From assembly GCA_041742355.1 (NCBI GenBank), contig JBGSIV010000299.1, forward strand, positions 7,912 to 71,911: 64,000 nucleotides of DNA. Direction: 5' to 3'. Source of the stretch: Candidatus Zixiibacteriota bacterium (GTDB lineage Bacteria; Zixibacteria; MSB-5A5; GN15; FEB-12). Under the pieces are notes generated by a model, which saw only the letters and a list, made by a program, of their open reading frames with translations, did no database searches and was not told the DNA's origin. The position numbers and the translations under genes were made by a program. This document shows, in pieces, positions 26,050 to 36,300 of the stretch (position 1 is its first letter; each line of letters starts with the position of its first letter).

Positions 26050-26790
26050 TCACGTTGACCATTGCTTTACTGCGGTGCAGACGTTCAGTACTCCCAGATG
26101 GCGCTCATACGAAACGCTATCGGCCAGTTTTGCTATCATTGTCAGGCCGTACCCCCGGGTTCGTCGGCTTTCGGCGGCCTCGAGAGGCATCACCCCGGCC
26201 CGTCGGACCGTAGGGTCGAACGGCACGCCGCCGTCGATGAATTTCAGGCTGATCGAATGCCGGTTCTCTGATGTAGATACGACGGCCGTGACGACGATTA
26301 CGTCGTTTGAGTCGAGTTCGCCGTGGTACATGATGTTCGAGGCCATTTCATAGAAGATCGTGCGAATATCCATGGCGGCCAGTTCCGGCATCGGCAGCTG
26401 CCCGAGATACCGCTCGAACCGCTCCAATGCCTCACGAATGGACGTGTCCGCAACCGGGATGGTATCGGCGTAGCCCGCCGTGGTATCCGACACTTTGAAC
26501 GGGAAGAAGGCTTCCAGGTCGAGCAGCCGGAGCACCCGGATGAGCTCTGGACGCACGCCAACCAGCCGCAGAGTCGAACCCCGTTTCGCGCTCAGATCGC
26601 GGGCGATCCACATGAGGCGAATATGACCGGAGTAAACGACCCCTAAATCCGAGCAATCCAGCAGCAGTTCATGCGGCTTCGCCATGAGCGCTCGCATGAC
26701 TGCAGACTCGAAGTCTTGCCCGGACCGATCCTCTACCGAAACCGGCAGCGCAACCACCACCCGCTCCGATATGTCAGACGGATGCAGCAT
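26050..26790 (-). CDS. Fusion of an N-terminal STAS domain and a C-terminal RsbW/SpoIIAB-like serine kinase (HATPase_c_2)
   Basis: Residues 1 to about 110: LLLDCSDLGVVYSGHIRLM...LIRVLRLLDLEAFF (STAS). Residues 140-246: IFYEMASNIMYHGE, LKFIDGGVPFDP, RGYGLTMIAKL (kinase). Confidence 0.75.
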   Translation of the reverse strand: MLHPSDISERVVVALPVSVEDRSGQDFESAVMRALMAKPHELLLDCSDLGVVYSGHIRLMWIARDLSAKRGSTLRLVGVRPELIRVLRLLDLEAFFPFKVSDTTAGYADTIPVADTSIREALERFERYLGQLPMPELAAMDIRTIFYEMASNIMYHGELDSNDVIVVTAVVSTSENRHSISLKFIDGGVPFDPTVRRAGVMPLEAAESRRTRGYGLTMIAKLADSVSYERHLGVLNVCTAVKQWST

Positions 26791-28372
26791 ACCAGTCGAT
26801 CTCCTGTCCGGTTCGCGCTATCGGATTTCCGCGCCACTTCATGGCCACCAGCGTGATATCGTCAAACTGGGGCGCCGAGCCGACGAAAGTGCAGTGGTCC
26901 TCCAAGGTGCTGTTGATGAAGTCGGCCGGCTCCAATTGCCGCTTTGTCAGCAACGCCTGTGTCAGGCGGTCCATGCCGTACTCCGTTCCTTCCGGGTTGC
27001 GCGCCTCGTTGACACCATCGGTAAATTGCACGAGCCAGTCTCCGGCGGTCAACTCGATCCTTTGGCTTTCGATACGCTGATCGAACACCGCCGGCTCCAT
27101 GAGCCCGAGGGGATACCCCGGCGGTCGCACCAGGGAGGTCGTCCCTTGGGTCGATGAAATCCAGATGATGGGATTGTGGCCGGCGGACGCCACGGCCACG
27201 TGCCCGGTACGGAGATCCAGCAGGCCGTAGAGCATGGTGACGAACATGCCTTTGCGAATTGTTCCGAGAAGTTCCCGATTCAGATCGCACATAACCTGGC
27301 GAGGATCGCGGTCGGGCGTGGCCACACTGCGGATTATGTCGCGGGTCATCAGCATGAACAGCATGCCGGGGAGGGACTTGCCTGACACATCGGCGATCAG
27401 AAAACCCAGTCGATGATTGTCGAACGGCAGGAAGTCGTAGTAGTCCCCACCAACCTGATTGGCGCTGATGTAGGTGCCGCAGAACTCATAGCTCGGCCCG
27501 GTGGGGAACTTGCGCGGGAGAATGCCAATCTGAATTTCGCGGGCAATCTCCAGTTCGCGCACCATGCGGTCTGTCTGAAGACGCTCCTCCTGGGTCGTCC
27601 GCAGATGGATGCCCATGACCCTCAGTGTCTCGGCTAGATAGGCCAATTCGTTCTTCCCTCCGACAGGAATATCCAAGGACGGATTGGACGGATCGACATT
27701 GCGCAGGTGCGTGACAATCGTGCTGATCGGCCGCAGCTTTCGGCTGACCAGCCAGAGAACCATGGGGATCCCGATGAGAATCGTCACCAGCGTCACCGTG
27801 GTAACGGTTACGATCGAGTTCGTCCGGGCCTTTTGGATCTTCTCCGTCGGGAAAGCCAGGGCCAGATGGCCGATGGTCACCTGGCGCTCCCGGATCGGCA
27901 CGTAGATGTAAAGCGTGTCCTGCACGGTATACGCCCGAGAGTCGTACGGGCCGGTCTGAACGTCGGCTGGTGTGACCGGCAGTCTGAGCCGGCCGCCGCC
28001 GGTTAGAAGCCGAATGTCAGTATGCGCGAGAAACAGCCCCTGGTCATCGGCTACGCCCGACCAGTACAGCTCGGGGTTGGTGGCCGCAAGCTCACGACAC
28101 AAACTGCTTAGTCGGAGCACATCGGGGCCATCGGGGCTCAGGATATCCTTGGCTGCCGAGGCCGCATGGGACCGCGCCTGGATCAGCAACTGATTGACGA
28201 CATTCGACGTTACCTCCGTCACATACTGGCGGGTGAAGAGGTAACCGGCAACAGACATCAGGACCGTCACCAGTACCACCAGGTACAGGGGGAATTCCCA
28301 CCGCAGTGAGCGGCGGTACTGACGGGCATCCGGCCACTCTGGAGATCGTTCGACAGCGGGATTAGTCGCCAT
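26774..28372 (-). CDS. Membrane-bound PP2C (SpoIIE/RsbU-type) phosphatase with a periplasmic sensor domain and HAMP
   Basis: Two TM segments (FPLYLVVLVTVLMSVAGYLF and IVTVTTVTLVTILIGIPMVLWLV) flank a loop of about 150 aa. A HAMP domain follows, then GGDYYDF, FLIADVSGKSLPG and FTDGVNEA. The start is ATG 28372, overlapping the upstream stop by 11 nt, not 28513. Confidence 0.85.
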   Translation of the reverse strand: MATNPAVERSPEWPDARQYRRSLRWEFPLYLVVLVTVLMSVAGYLFTRQYVTEVTSNVVNQLLIQARSHAASAAKDILSPDGPDVLRLSSLCRELAATNPELYWSGVADDQGLFLAHTDIRLLTGGGRLRLPVTPADVQTGPYDSRAYTVQDTLYIYVPIRERQVTIGHLALAFPTEKIQKARTNSIVTVTTVTLVTILIGIPMVLWLVSRKLRPISTIVTHLRNVDPSNPSLDIPVGGKNELAYLAETLRVMGIHLRTTQEERLQTDRMVRELEIAREIQIGILPRKFPTGPSYEFCGTYISANQVGGDYYDFLPFDNHRLGFLIADVSGKSLPGMLFMLMTRDIIRSVATPDRDPRQVMCDLNRELLGTIRKGMFVTMLYGLLDLRTGHVAVASAGHNPIIWISSTQGTTSLVRPPGYPLGLMEPAVFDQRIESQRIELTAGDWLVQFTDGVNEARNPEGTEYGMDRLTQALLTKRQLEPADFINSTLEDHCTFVGSAPQFDDITLVAMKWRGNPIARTGQEIDWYAASV

Positions 28373-30368
28373 AACCGGCCTCCGCCAGGCGAGCCATCTC
28401 CCCGCGCGTTCTGGCAATGTAATTGCTGATCTCGGGGTTGCCGGGGACCATTCGAAGGGCCTTCTCCCACACCGCAATGGCCTCGGGGAGGCGATTCTTC
28501 CCGTAGTAGTCAATGCCGGACAGCTTGTAGGCCTGGAGCAGGTAGTCCCGGACCGAACGATAGTCCGGCGCCAGCCGATGGGCCAGTTCCCAGTGTGAGA
28601 TCGCTCCGCTCAGGTCACCCTGGGCGAAGGCCTGCTGCCCGGCCAGGTAGGATGCCTCGGCCTCTTTCCGTATGGTGGCGCTGAGTTTCGTTGGAGCAGT
28701 TGTTTCTTTCACCGGCGCGACCGCCGCAACGTCGCCGTTCACCTTCTTCATATTCTCCCGGAAGATCGCCGGCCAGCCATGATCCGGGAACGACAGACTG
28801 ACGGAGTCGGCGAACTGCGCAGCGAGAGCATAATTGCCGTCGCCCGCGGCCCTCTCAGCCTCGGCTCTCCAGGCTTCGAATCGCAGCCGGCTCCCGGCCC
28901 CGGAGATGCCCGGATACCGCGATGCGTAGGGCGCGATCGTGCGGTGCAGCGCCCCCGCCTCTTCGATCTTGCCCAGACTGACGAGGGAATCAAGCGTGAA
29001 GAGCGCATTCGAAACCATGCGTTCCTGTGCGGCGGCATCCTCCAGGGCCTGATCGGTGCGCGCTATCAGATCCAGTGCAGCAGGGGAAGAGGCGTCCAGC
29101 GCCAGGGCCATTCCGGCATAGTGTCGTGCACCCAGGAGATCTCCCTGCCGGAATTTCGCTGTGGCCGAATCGACGAGCTGCCCGAGCTGACGGTCGCGGT
29201 CTCTCCTCTCCCGCAGATTGTGTGCCTCCGTCGCCAGCGCGGCAACTGCGGCCGTATCACCACCGGACACTCGAGTCAGGAACAGGGCCCGGTCAAGACT
29301 AATCGATGCGTCTGTCAGGGCGCCGGACGCCAGTGCCGCCTGTCCGGCAGCAATCAGGTCGTGAATCATCGCCTCCTGCTGGCCCTTGACTCGAGAAGCC
29401 ATAATCCGGTTGAATTCCTGCTCGCGGCGCTGATCCCGGGCCATCCGGCGATCGTCGGCGGACGAGCCGATAAGCGTCGTGATCGAGAACATGTGGACGC
29501 TTCCCAGATCCCGGTCGACCAGCGCGTAATCGAACGTCAGGGGACCGGCACGGAAGCCCGCTCCGCACGACAGCTTCCCGGACTCCCATCCGCCGCGGAG
29601 CGTCAGCATATCCTGGAAGCCGTACTCTGCTCCCACCGAGGTCTGAACATCCGCCCCATCGCTCGCGCCCGCGCTCATGAGAATGCCGGCACTGTGGTCG
29701 CCGTGGTTGGGAGCAAGCTCTATTCGGGTACCGAAGTCGACGCGGAAAGGCAGCTTAACCGCGTCGTCCAGGAGCGTCAGCCGCGGACTCACCACGTTCC
29801 GCAGCACGACGGTCACATCCACCGATGGTGACCATGCAAACGGCGGCGTGATCGTTCGGCCGAACGCGACACTGATCCCGGGGGATGATGTCGCCGACCG
29901 GTCGGCCAGCGCATGGTGTTCGAAGTGGGTCGCCACACCGAGCCGATAGCTCCCCAGCATCCGGCCGTACGCAGCGTACAGCGCAAGCCGCTGCTCCGAA
30001 ATGTACCCGAGCATCAAATTGCGGTCGTCACGTTTCTCGATACCGTCGACTCCAAGGCGGAAGACGCCTAGGCCGAAGGTTCCCATATCAAGGGTCGGCC
30101 AAGCTGCCCCGGCGTACTGGTAGGCGACGTCAGAGTCGAACAGACGGCTGTAGAACCCGGCGGCGGTCAGGTACTGTGCGGAGGCAAGGTTCGACGGATT
30201 CCAATAGGGCGCCGTGGCCGCGTCGGACACGACGACACCGGCGCCGCCGAGAGACAACTCCCGTGCCCCTGCGCCGAGGCTGAACGGGGAATCACTGCCT
30301 CCGTCGTCGGCGCACACGGTCCCGGCCAGCAGGCCGAGCAGCCCGATGAGAAGCCCTGCCATCTTCAT
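28362..30368 (-). CDS. Secreted outer-membrane beta-barrel (PorV/PorQ- or FadL-like) fused to a C-terminal helical/TPR domain
   Basis: The start is ATG 30368 (ATGA overlap with the giant gene stop). Signal peptide MKMAGLLIGLLGLLAGTVCA. The barrel N-terminus is GARELSLGGAGVVVSDAATAPYWNPSNLA. The C-terminal TPRs include YLAGQQAFAQGDLSGAISHWELAHRLAPDY and AIAVWEKALRMVPGNPE. Confidence 0.55.
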   Translation of the reverse strand: MKMAGLLIGLLGLLAGTVCADDGGSDSPFSLGAGARELSLGGAGVVVSDAATAPYWNPSNLASAQYLTAAGFYSRLFDSDVAYQYAGAAWPTLDMGTFGLGVFRLGVDGIEKRDDRNLMLGYISEQRLALYAAYGRMLGSYRLGVATHFEHHALADRSATSSPGISVAFGRTITPPFAWSPSVDVTVVLRNVVSPRLTLLDDAVKLPFRVDFGTRIELAPNHGDHSAGILMSAGASDGADVQTSVGAEYGFQDMLTLRGGWESGKLSCGAGFRAGPLTFDYALVDRDLGSVHMFSITTLIGSSADDRRMARDQRREQEFNRIMASRVKGQQEAMIHDLIAAGQAALASGALTDASISLDRALFLTRVSGGDTAAVAALATEAHNLRERRDRDRQLGQLVDSATAKFRQGDLLGARHYAGMALALDASSPAALDLIARTDQALEDAAAQERMVSNALFTLDSLVSLGKIEEAGALHRTIAPYASRYPGISGAGSRLRFEAWRAEAERAAGDGNYALAAQFADSVSLSFPDHGWPAIFRENMKKVNGDVAAVAPVKETTAPTKLSATIRKEAEASYLAGQQAFAQGDLSGAISHWELAHRLAPDYRSVRDYLLQAYKLSGIDYYGKNRLPEAIAVWEKALRMVPGNPEISNYIARTRGEMARLAEAGYGD

Positions 30369-33300
30369 CGAATCACCGCCACTTTCCGCTGCAACGACTC
30401 TTCCCCTCCCGACAGGTATCGTATCGTCAGCCGGCACAGGTAGGTCCCGGGCAGCACCTCGCGCCCCTTCTGGTTTTCGCCGTACCATTTGTCGGCCTGA
30501 TGCTGCCCCGTCTCGCGATATTCATCCACCGCGAGGTCGGTGACCAGATCGCCCGTGATGGTATACAGAGAGATCGACACATGAGCCGGTTCGGCCAGCA
30601 TGTAGGTAATTGTTGTCCCGTTGCCGTCAGCAGCGTTGAACGGATTGGGGTAATTTGTAAACGACGCTGCAATGGTCGCCGCCGTGACCGACAATTCGGT
30701 CCCGCGAAGTGGATAGGTCCCCTCTGCAACGAGTGGAAGTACCGCAGTGTGCAGCAGCGGATCCTGAAGCGTCAACGAGAGCGAATCCATAAACGCAAAC
30801 GAGTAATTCGCCGGTGTGGCGGTCGACTTGATATCGCCGGTCAGCCTGAGTTGGTGACTTGCTCCGGCTGTGAGTACGACCGGCTCGGCCAGGGCGAAGG
30901 TCAGCGGCTGATCGGCCGCCACGGGGAATGTCGCTACCGGGGACTCATCGAGCCACACGCTCACACTGGACACCAGATCCGTCAAATCCGTTGGGATGAA
31001 CCCGGCCGCTGTGCGCGTGAACACCTGACCGCTCAGCCCCTGCAACTCGACATCCCCCTGCTGCCCCAGCAGGCTGTAGTCGACATTCAGTTCCATCAGC
31101 GGAACTCCGAATTGTCCCTGATGGACTATGATTACCGAATGGTCCTCGGCCGAAAGCGATGGACGCCCCGCCGGCTGAATGATCGCCGCCGGACCGATTG
31201 CCATGGGGAAACTGAGATCACAGGCCGGGTTGGCCACCACGCGGAGGTCGTGCGCTGGATCGGCGAGATCGCTCAATACGAGGCGGTCGGACGACTCCAC
31301 GACGAGCACAAGGCTGTCATGGGGTGCCAGCGCTTCGATGTCGGCCACCAGGCGGACCCTGATCGAATCCTCGGCGCTCAACTGCAGGCCCGTTTCGCCG
31401 AAGCGGAAGTACACGGCGCCGTTGACCAGTTCGACGTACGGCTGGTACCGGGCGGGCTCCCCCTCCACCGAGACGCCTATGCGATCTAAAAACTTCTGCG
31501 GGTCGAGCGGCACACCATCGGTATTGAGCAAATTGGTTTTCACCCCGTCGACCTGAGCCGGCGAGCAATCCTCGCAGGGCGGATAGACGATGCTGAACTC
31601 TACCAGCTGAACTTCCTCCGAGCCGGCCACAATTGATCCCGGCATCATCGCGGTAACGCAAACTGAGGGTGGCAGGGCGGGTTCGTTGATATCCACCCAC
31701 CCGCCTGCTAATGGAAAAGCCGACGCTGTGCTGAGCACGGTGGTATCGGTGACCGCCAGAATGGTTGCGCCCGAGCCTATTTCCCGAACCGACAGGTACG
31801 AGCTGTCGGCGATGACCAGCCGGAACCCGCTGTTTAGGGCCGATGAACCAACATCACCGATAAGTTGCAGTGTGCGCGCTTCGCCTGGCCCGAGTGTGAG
31901 CGGTGAGCCCAGGTCGATCTGCACGGGAGTGGTGCTCAGGCCAGCGCCTGACACCGTTCCGTATTCGGTCCCGGCCGACCGCACTGCCAGGAGGCGGAGC
32001 ACGGTGGAAGCATCGATAGGATTGCTGTCGCTGTCGACAAAAGCGGCGCGGAGCGATGTGATCTGTATGGGCGACGCACCGACCTCGCCGGGATGCCGAA
32101 CTGTAATGTCCATGCATACCACGCCGGTTTGCCCCTGGTTGGCCTGGCGGTCGGTCTGTACCGGACCGGCCACAGCGAGGCTGCCCGCGGGCAGATCCAC
32201 CCGGCAAATCGCGGTGCTCAGCGGGAAAGTTTCGGCTGATTGCACGGTTGCCGGTGATCCCGCGTTCGCGTCGTGCACGACGAAAGCCTCGGGTCCATCG
32301 ATCGACAGAACAAACGTGGAGGCTTCACAGGCAGAGTCAACATCCACCAGCAGTGCCAGCCGGGCGTCAGCGCCCGGAGTGATGATCACCGGCGACGGGA
32401 AGGTGAGAGTAACCTGGCTGTCAGCCGGGACCGGGAGCGCCATCGCGTAGTTGGAGAATCCGACTCCCAGCGCCATGAGCGAAAACACCTGATTTGCGGG
32501 TCGGCCTGTCCCGGATGCGTCTCTCACCGTTATGCGCACAGCATCCAATTGCAGCGGAGAGACCGATGCCCCGGTGTCCGGATGAGAAACGGTAATCGTG
32601 AGGGGAAAGACATTTCGCTGGCCCTGTGTTACCGAGGCCGGGGCGGAGTTCAGCAGACTGACGACTGCAGTCTCGGCCCGCTCCAGGATGATCGCCGTCG
32701 AGGACACGATGTATGCCGATGAATCGGAGACGGCCGGCGCCACCGCTCGCATTCGCCAGGAAACCTGTCCGGTCTGGAGGGAGGTGAAATAGCACCTGAG
32801 TTCTCCTGTAGCTCCCGGGCTCAACGTCAAGGTACCGCTGCAGCTGTCCAGTCGGACCGCGGCGATAGTTCCCTCCGGAATCACTTCGGCCGCGAGGCCG
32901 GGCACAGTCACGCCGTAGAGGTTCTGCACATTCAAGCGGACTGCAATCGTCTCTCCAACCGAGTACGTCGAACGAATTTGACCGCAGGACACCTGAAGCT
33001 GCGATGCGTATACGGTCAACGACGCACCTGAGGCCAGCACGGAGTCTCGGGGGCCGTCGTTGTTCGAGGCGTAGGTGCAGCCATTGAGGGGAATCCAGGT
33101 CTGAATAACGGTCCCCGAAGCGGCATCGGCGGCGATATCGGCGGTAATGATGAGGTAGGGGGGAGATTCCAATATCGGTAAGCCAAGGTAGGCACTCGTC
33201 CACAGGCCGGCGGCATAGAAGCATGGGCCGAGCAGGGAGTCTGTTCCCTGCCAGATCGCGTCGCCGTTACGATCAAGCCAGATCTTCACAGATAGCAGGT

Positions 33301-36300
33301 CTGTCGGTGCACAACTTACCCCGAGCGCGACAGTCTGTAGTGTATCGATCAGATCACCGTTATGAGCCGGACGGAGCGAGACGAGCACCTGCGACGTATC
33401 GCCGGCGCGGACTGTCCGCGAGGCCATCGCGAGAACTTCGTACTGCGACGCCACGGAACCATCGACCACTAATGTCCGGCCGGTCTGGACGGGAAGATCG
33501 CCGTTGAGGGCGACGGGCGTGGCAAAGGAGAAGTCGGCGGCATCGAAAGCCGCGACGATAAGCGTGTCGGAGTCGGCTGCATCGTCCGCAATTTCCGCCG
33601 TCACGAACAGGTACGAGAGCGATTCGGCCGGCAGCGCTGCCGTAAACCCATCCAGTTGAAGCGTGTCATCGGAGAAACTCCGCGCCGCCGCGAGCGAGTT
33701 CTCGTCGAGGCTGAAGGAACTGGATCGGCCATAGTACAAGCGCACGAGGCCGAGCAGGCGGTCCCGATAATCATCGTCTCCACCCGACACGCTCCGGTTG
33801 TGGAGACGCAGCCCGCTCAGTTCTTTCTGAACCGTATATCCGTTGTAGAGCGCAAAGGCCAGTATCCGGGTGTTGTTGGCGCCGGGCGCCACCGCGCCGC
33901 TGATGTCACCGAGAGTAACAATGGTAACGCGATCGGGCGGAAGAAGCAGCACGGGATCGTCTGCGCTGACGGCCGCGTCATCGGGGCCATTCAGGCCCGA
34001 CCGATAGGTTACTCCGCCTATTGGAACTGACAGAAAGAGTGTCCCGGCCCGGAAAGATTCCGGAGTGATGCTGGCAGTCACAATGAACTCGACGCCGCCT
34101 GCGAATACCCCTGTTCGCAGGTTGCCGGCCGACCAGTCGGTGCCATTCCATGTCAGTTCGGCACACACTATGTCGTCCGTAGTAAGTCCGTTGCCCGTCA
34201 CATCATGCCACAATCGGAGCGTGCTTACCGCGCTTCCGTCACTCAACGACCCCAGATTCATTAACCGGATCGACTGTAGTGTGTCGGCGGCATACCCATT
34301 GCCCGGGAGGCGGAAGCGGAACACGGGGCTGTTGGTCCGCCCTCCGGTAAGGTTCAGGTCGTCAACAGAGGAGACTCCCACCGCCGAAGCGGGGAAGCCG
34401 CTGATTGTAGCGAAGGAGGGATTCACCGCCGGAAATGTCCCCGTTACCTGAATCGGTTCATGGCAGTAGACATGATTTTGTTGGTCGATGCCGAACCGAA
34501 CCTGTGTGCCGGCCCGCGCGAGATTTCTGGACACGGCTGCCAGAACGGTCAATTGGATGTGGCTGTTGCTCCATGGCAGTAGCAGGCCAGGCGTTCCCAC
34601 GACCGCCGTCCCGGCCTCCACAGTTGCGACAGCGATCAACGTGTCGGCGGCGCCGATCACCATTGGATTGCCATCGAGGTCGTGATACACCATGAGGCTG
34701 TCGAACTGCCCATCGAGTTCATCCTGGGTTGCTCCGAGCGGATCCACGGCATAGGAAGTCAGCACGAGGCTGTCGATTTCGGCCGGAGCACCACTGTGGT
34801 TGACCAATTGCAGTGACAGAAGAGGCGGCGAGACAGCTCCCCAGACTATAGAGGACCCGGGGATCGGCTGCACGGATACCAACATCTCGCGCTCGCTGAG
34901 AATCGTGAGACCGCCTTCGGCGGCAACTTCGTGGTCGAGCGGGCCATCATTACCCGAGGAGACCCCGATGCCGTACTGGGGAATGCCCAGTTCAAGCGTT
35001 GCCCCCCGGGTAGCAAAGCGTGACGCTGTGGCGATTACGAACAGCCTGGTCATCCCGGTGTTCAACGGAACCCGGAGGGCACTGCGACTCCACCACGCCC
35101 CGTGGTTTACAAGAGCCGCGACCCGGTGGTCGCTGCTTCCTCCATCCCAGGTGCCGTCCCCCTCATCAAGGTAGACTGTCAGCGAATCAAGATCCGCTGC
35201 TCCGGCAGTACCGGTATTGGCTACCGCGAGCATGGTGAGGGTGTCGGGGAGGTAGCCATTGCAGGGGATATCAATGGTGAGAATTCGTACCGGGCCGTCG
35301 GCCCACTCAAGGGTGTCCTGATCGGCGCCGGTGAGAGCAAGCTGCGCGGCAACCATACCATCGATAATACACACACCGTGCGAGTTTACCGTATCCGGCC
35401 CGTCGGCCGGCGTGGCATCCAGCAGCTGCAGGTCGGCTGAGGGGAGCAGACTGAAGTCGAGTGAATCGCCGTCGTGCGGATGCGTGGCTATGTCGGCCAC
35501 TACCAGCAAAATGGCCCGTTCGCCCGGCGCCAGCGCAAGGGAGCAGGCGCTGATGTGTCGATTGTCGGTTCCCGCAAACGGTGTCGCCAGCAGCGTATCC
35601 CACAGTGACAATTCGAGGTCGAGGTCGCGGTCAAGGTAGATTGCCACCGAATCGAGATTGCTTCCCACCTGTTCCGCTGTCCCGTTCCCGCGTGACACGT
35701 TCCTGACCGCCAGCGAACTAATGGTCTTGGGTTCCTGGAAGTAGTTGCCAACCTCGATCGCGAGGAGCGTCTGATCCTGCTCGCCGGGATACACCGAGGT
35801 TGTCCCCAGGGCAATCTGATCAATCAGCACTGACTGGATCACAATCAGGCCGGTGGTATCGACGGCGCCGCTGCCGTCAGTGGCGACCGCAATTCGGCCC
35901 ATGCCGGGAACATCAGCGGACAGCTCGCCCCGCTCATCAAGGGTGCCGATCATTCCCAGAAGCGACCAGGCAATCTCGCCGGCGTCAGCGAGGTTCGAAT
36001 CCGCATCGTAGGCCGTCACGGAGAAACCAATCGTATCATGCAAGACACCGGTAAAACTCTCCGGCGAAATTCGAATTCGGGCAGGCAGTCCGGGTACCAA
36101 CGTCAGGATCCCGGAAGTGTCGGCAGTGATCAGATCGAAGCTCGCAGCGATTCTCCCTGTACCAGGTCTCCTGAAATCCAGGGTAACCGACGCGCTGACG
36201 GCGCCCGGCGATTGCGCTATGGAGTCCTCGCCGATAATCGTCCAGAGAACGGCAACGTCTCCTAGAGACACGCTGTCGCTGCTATACCCCCGGCAGTACA

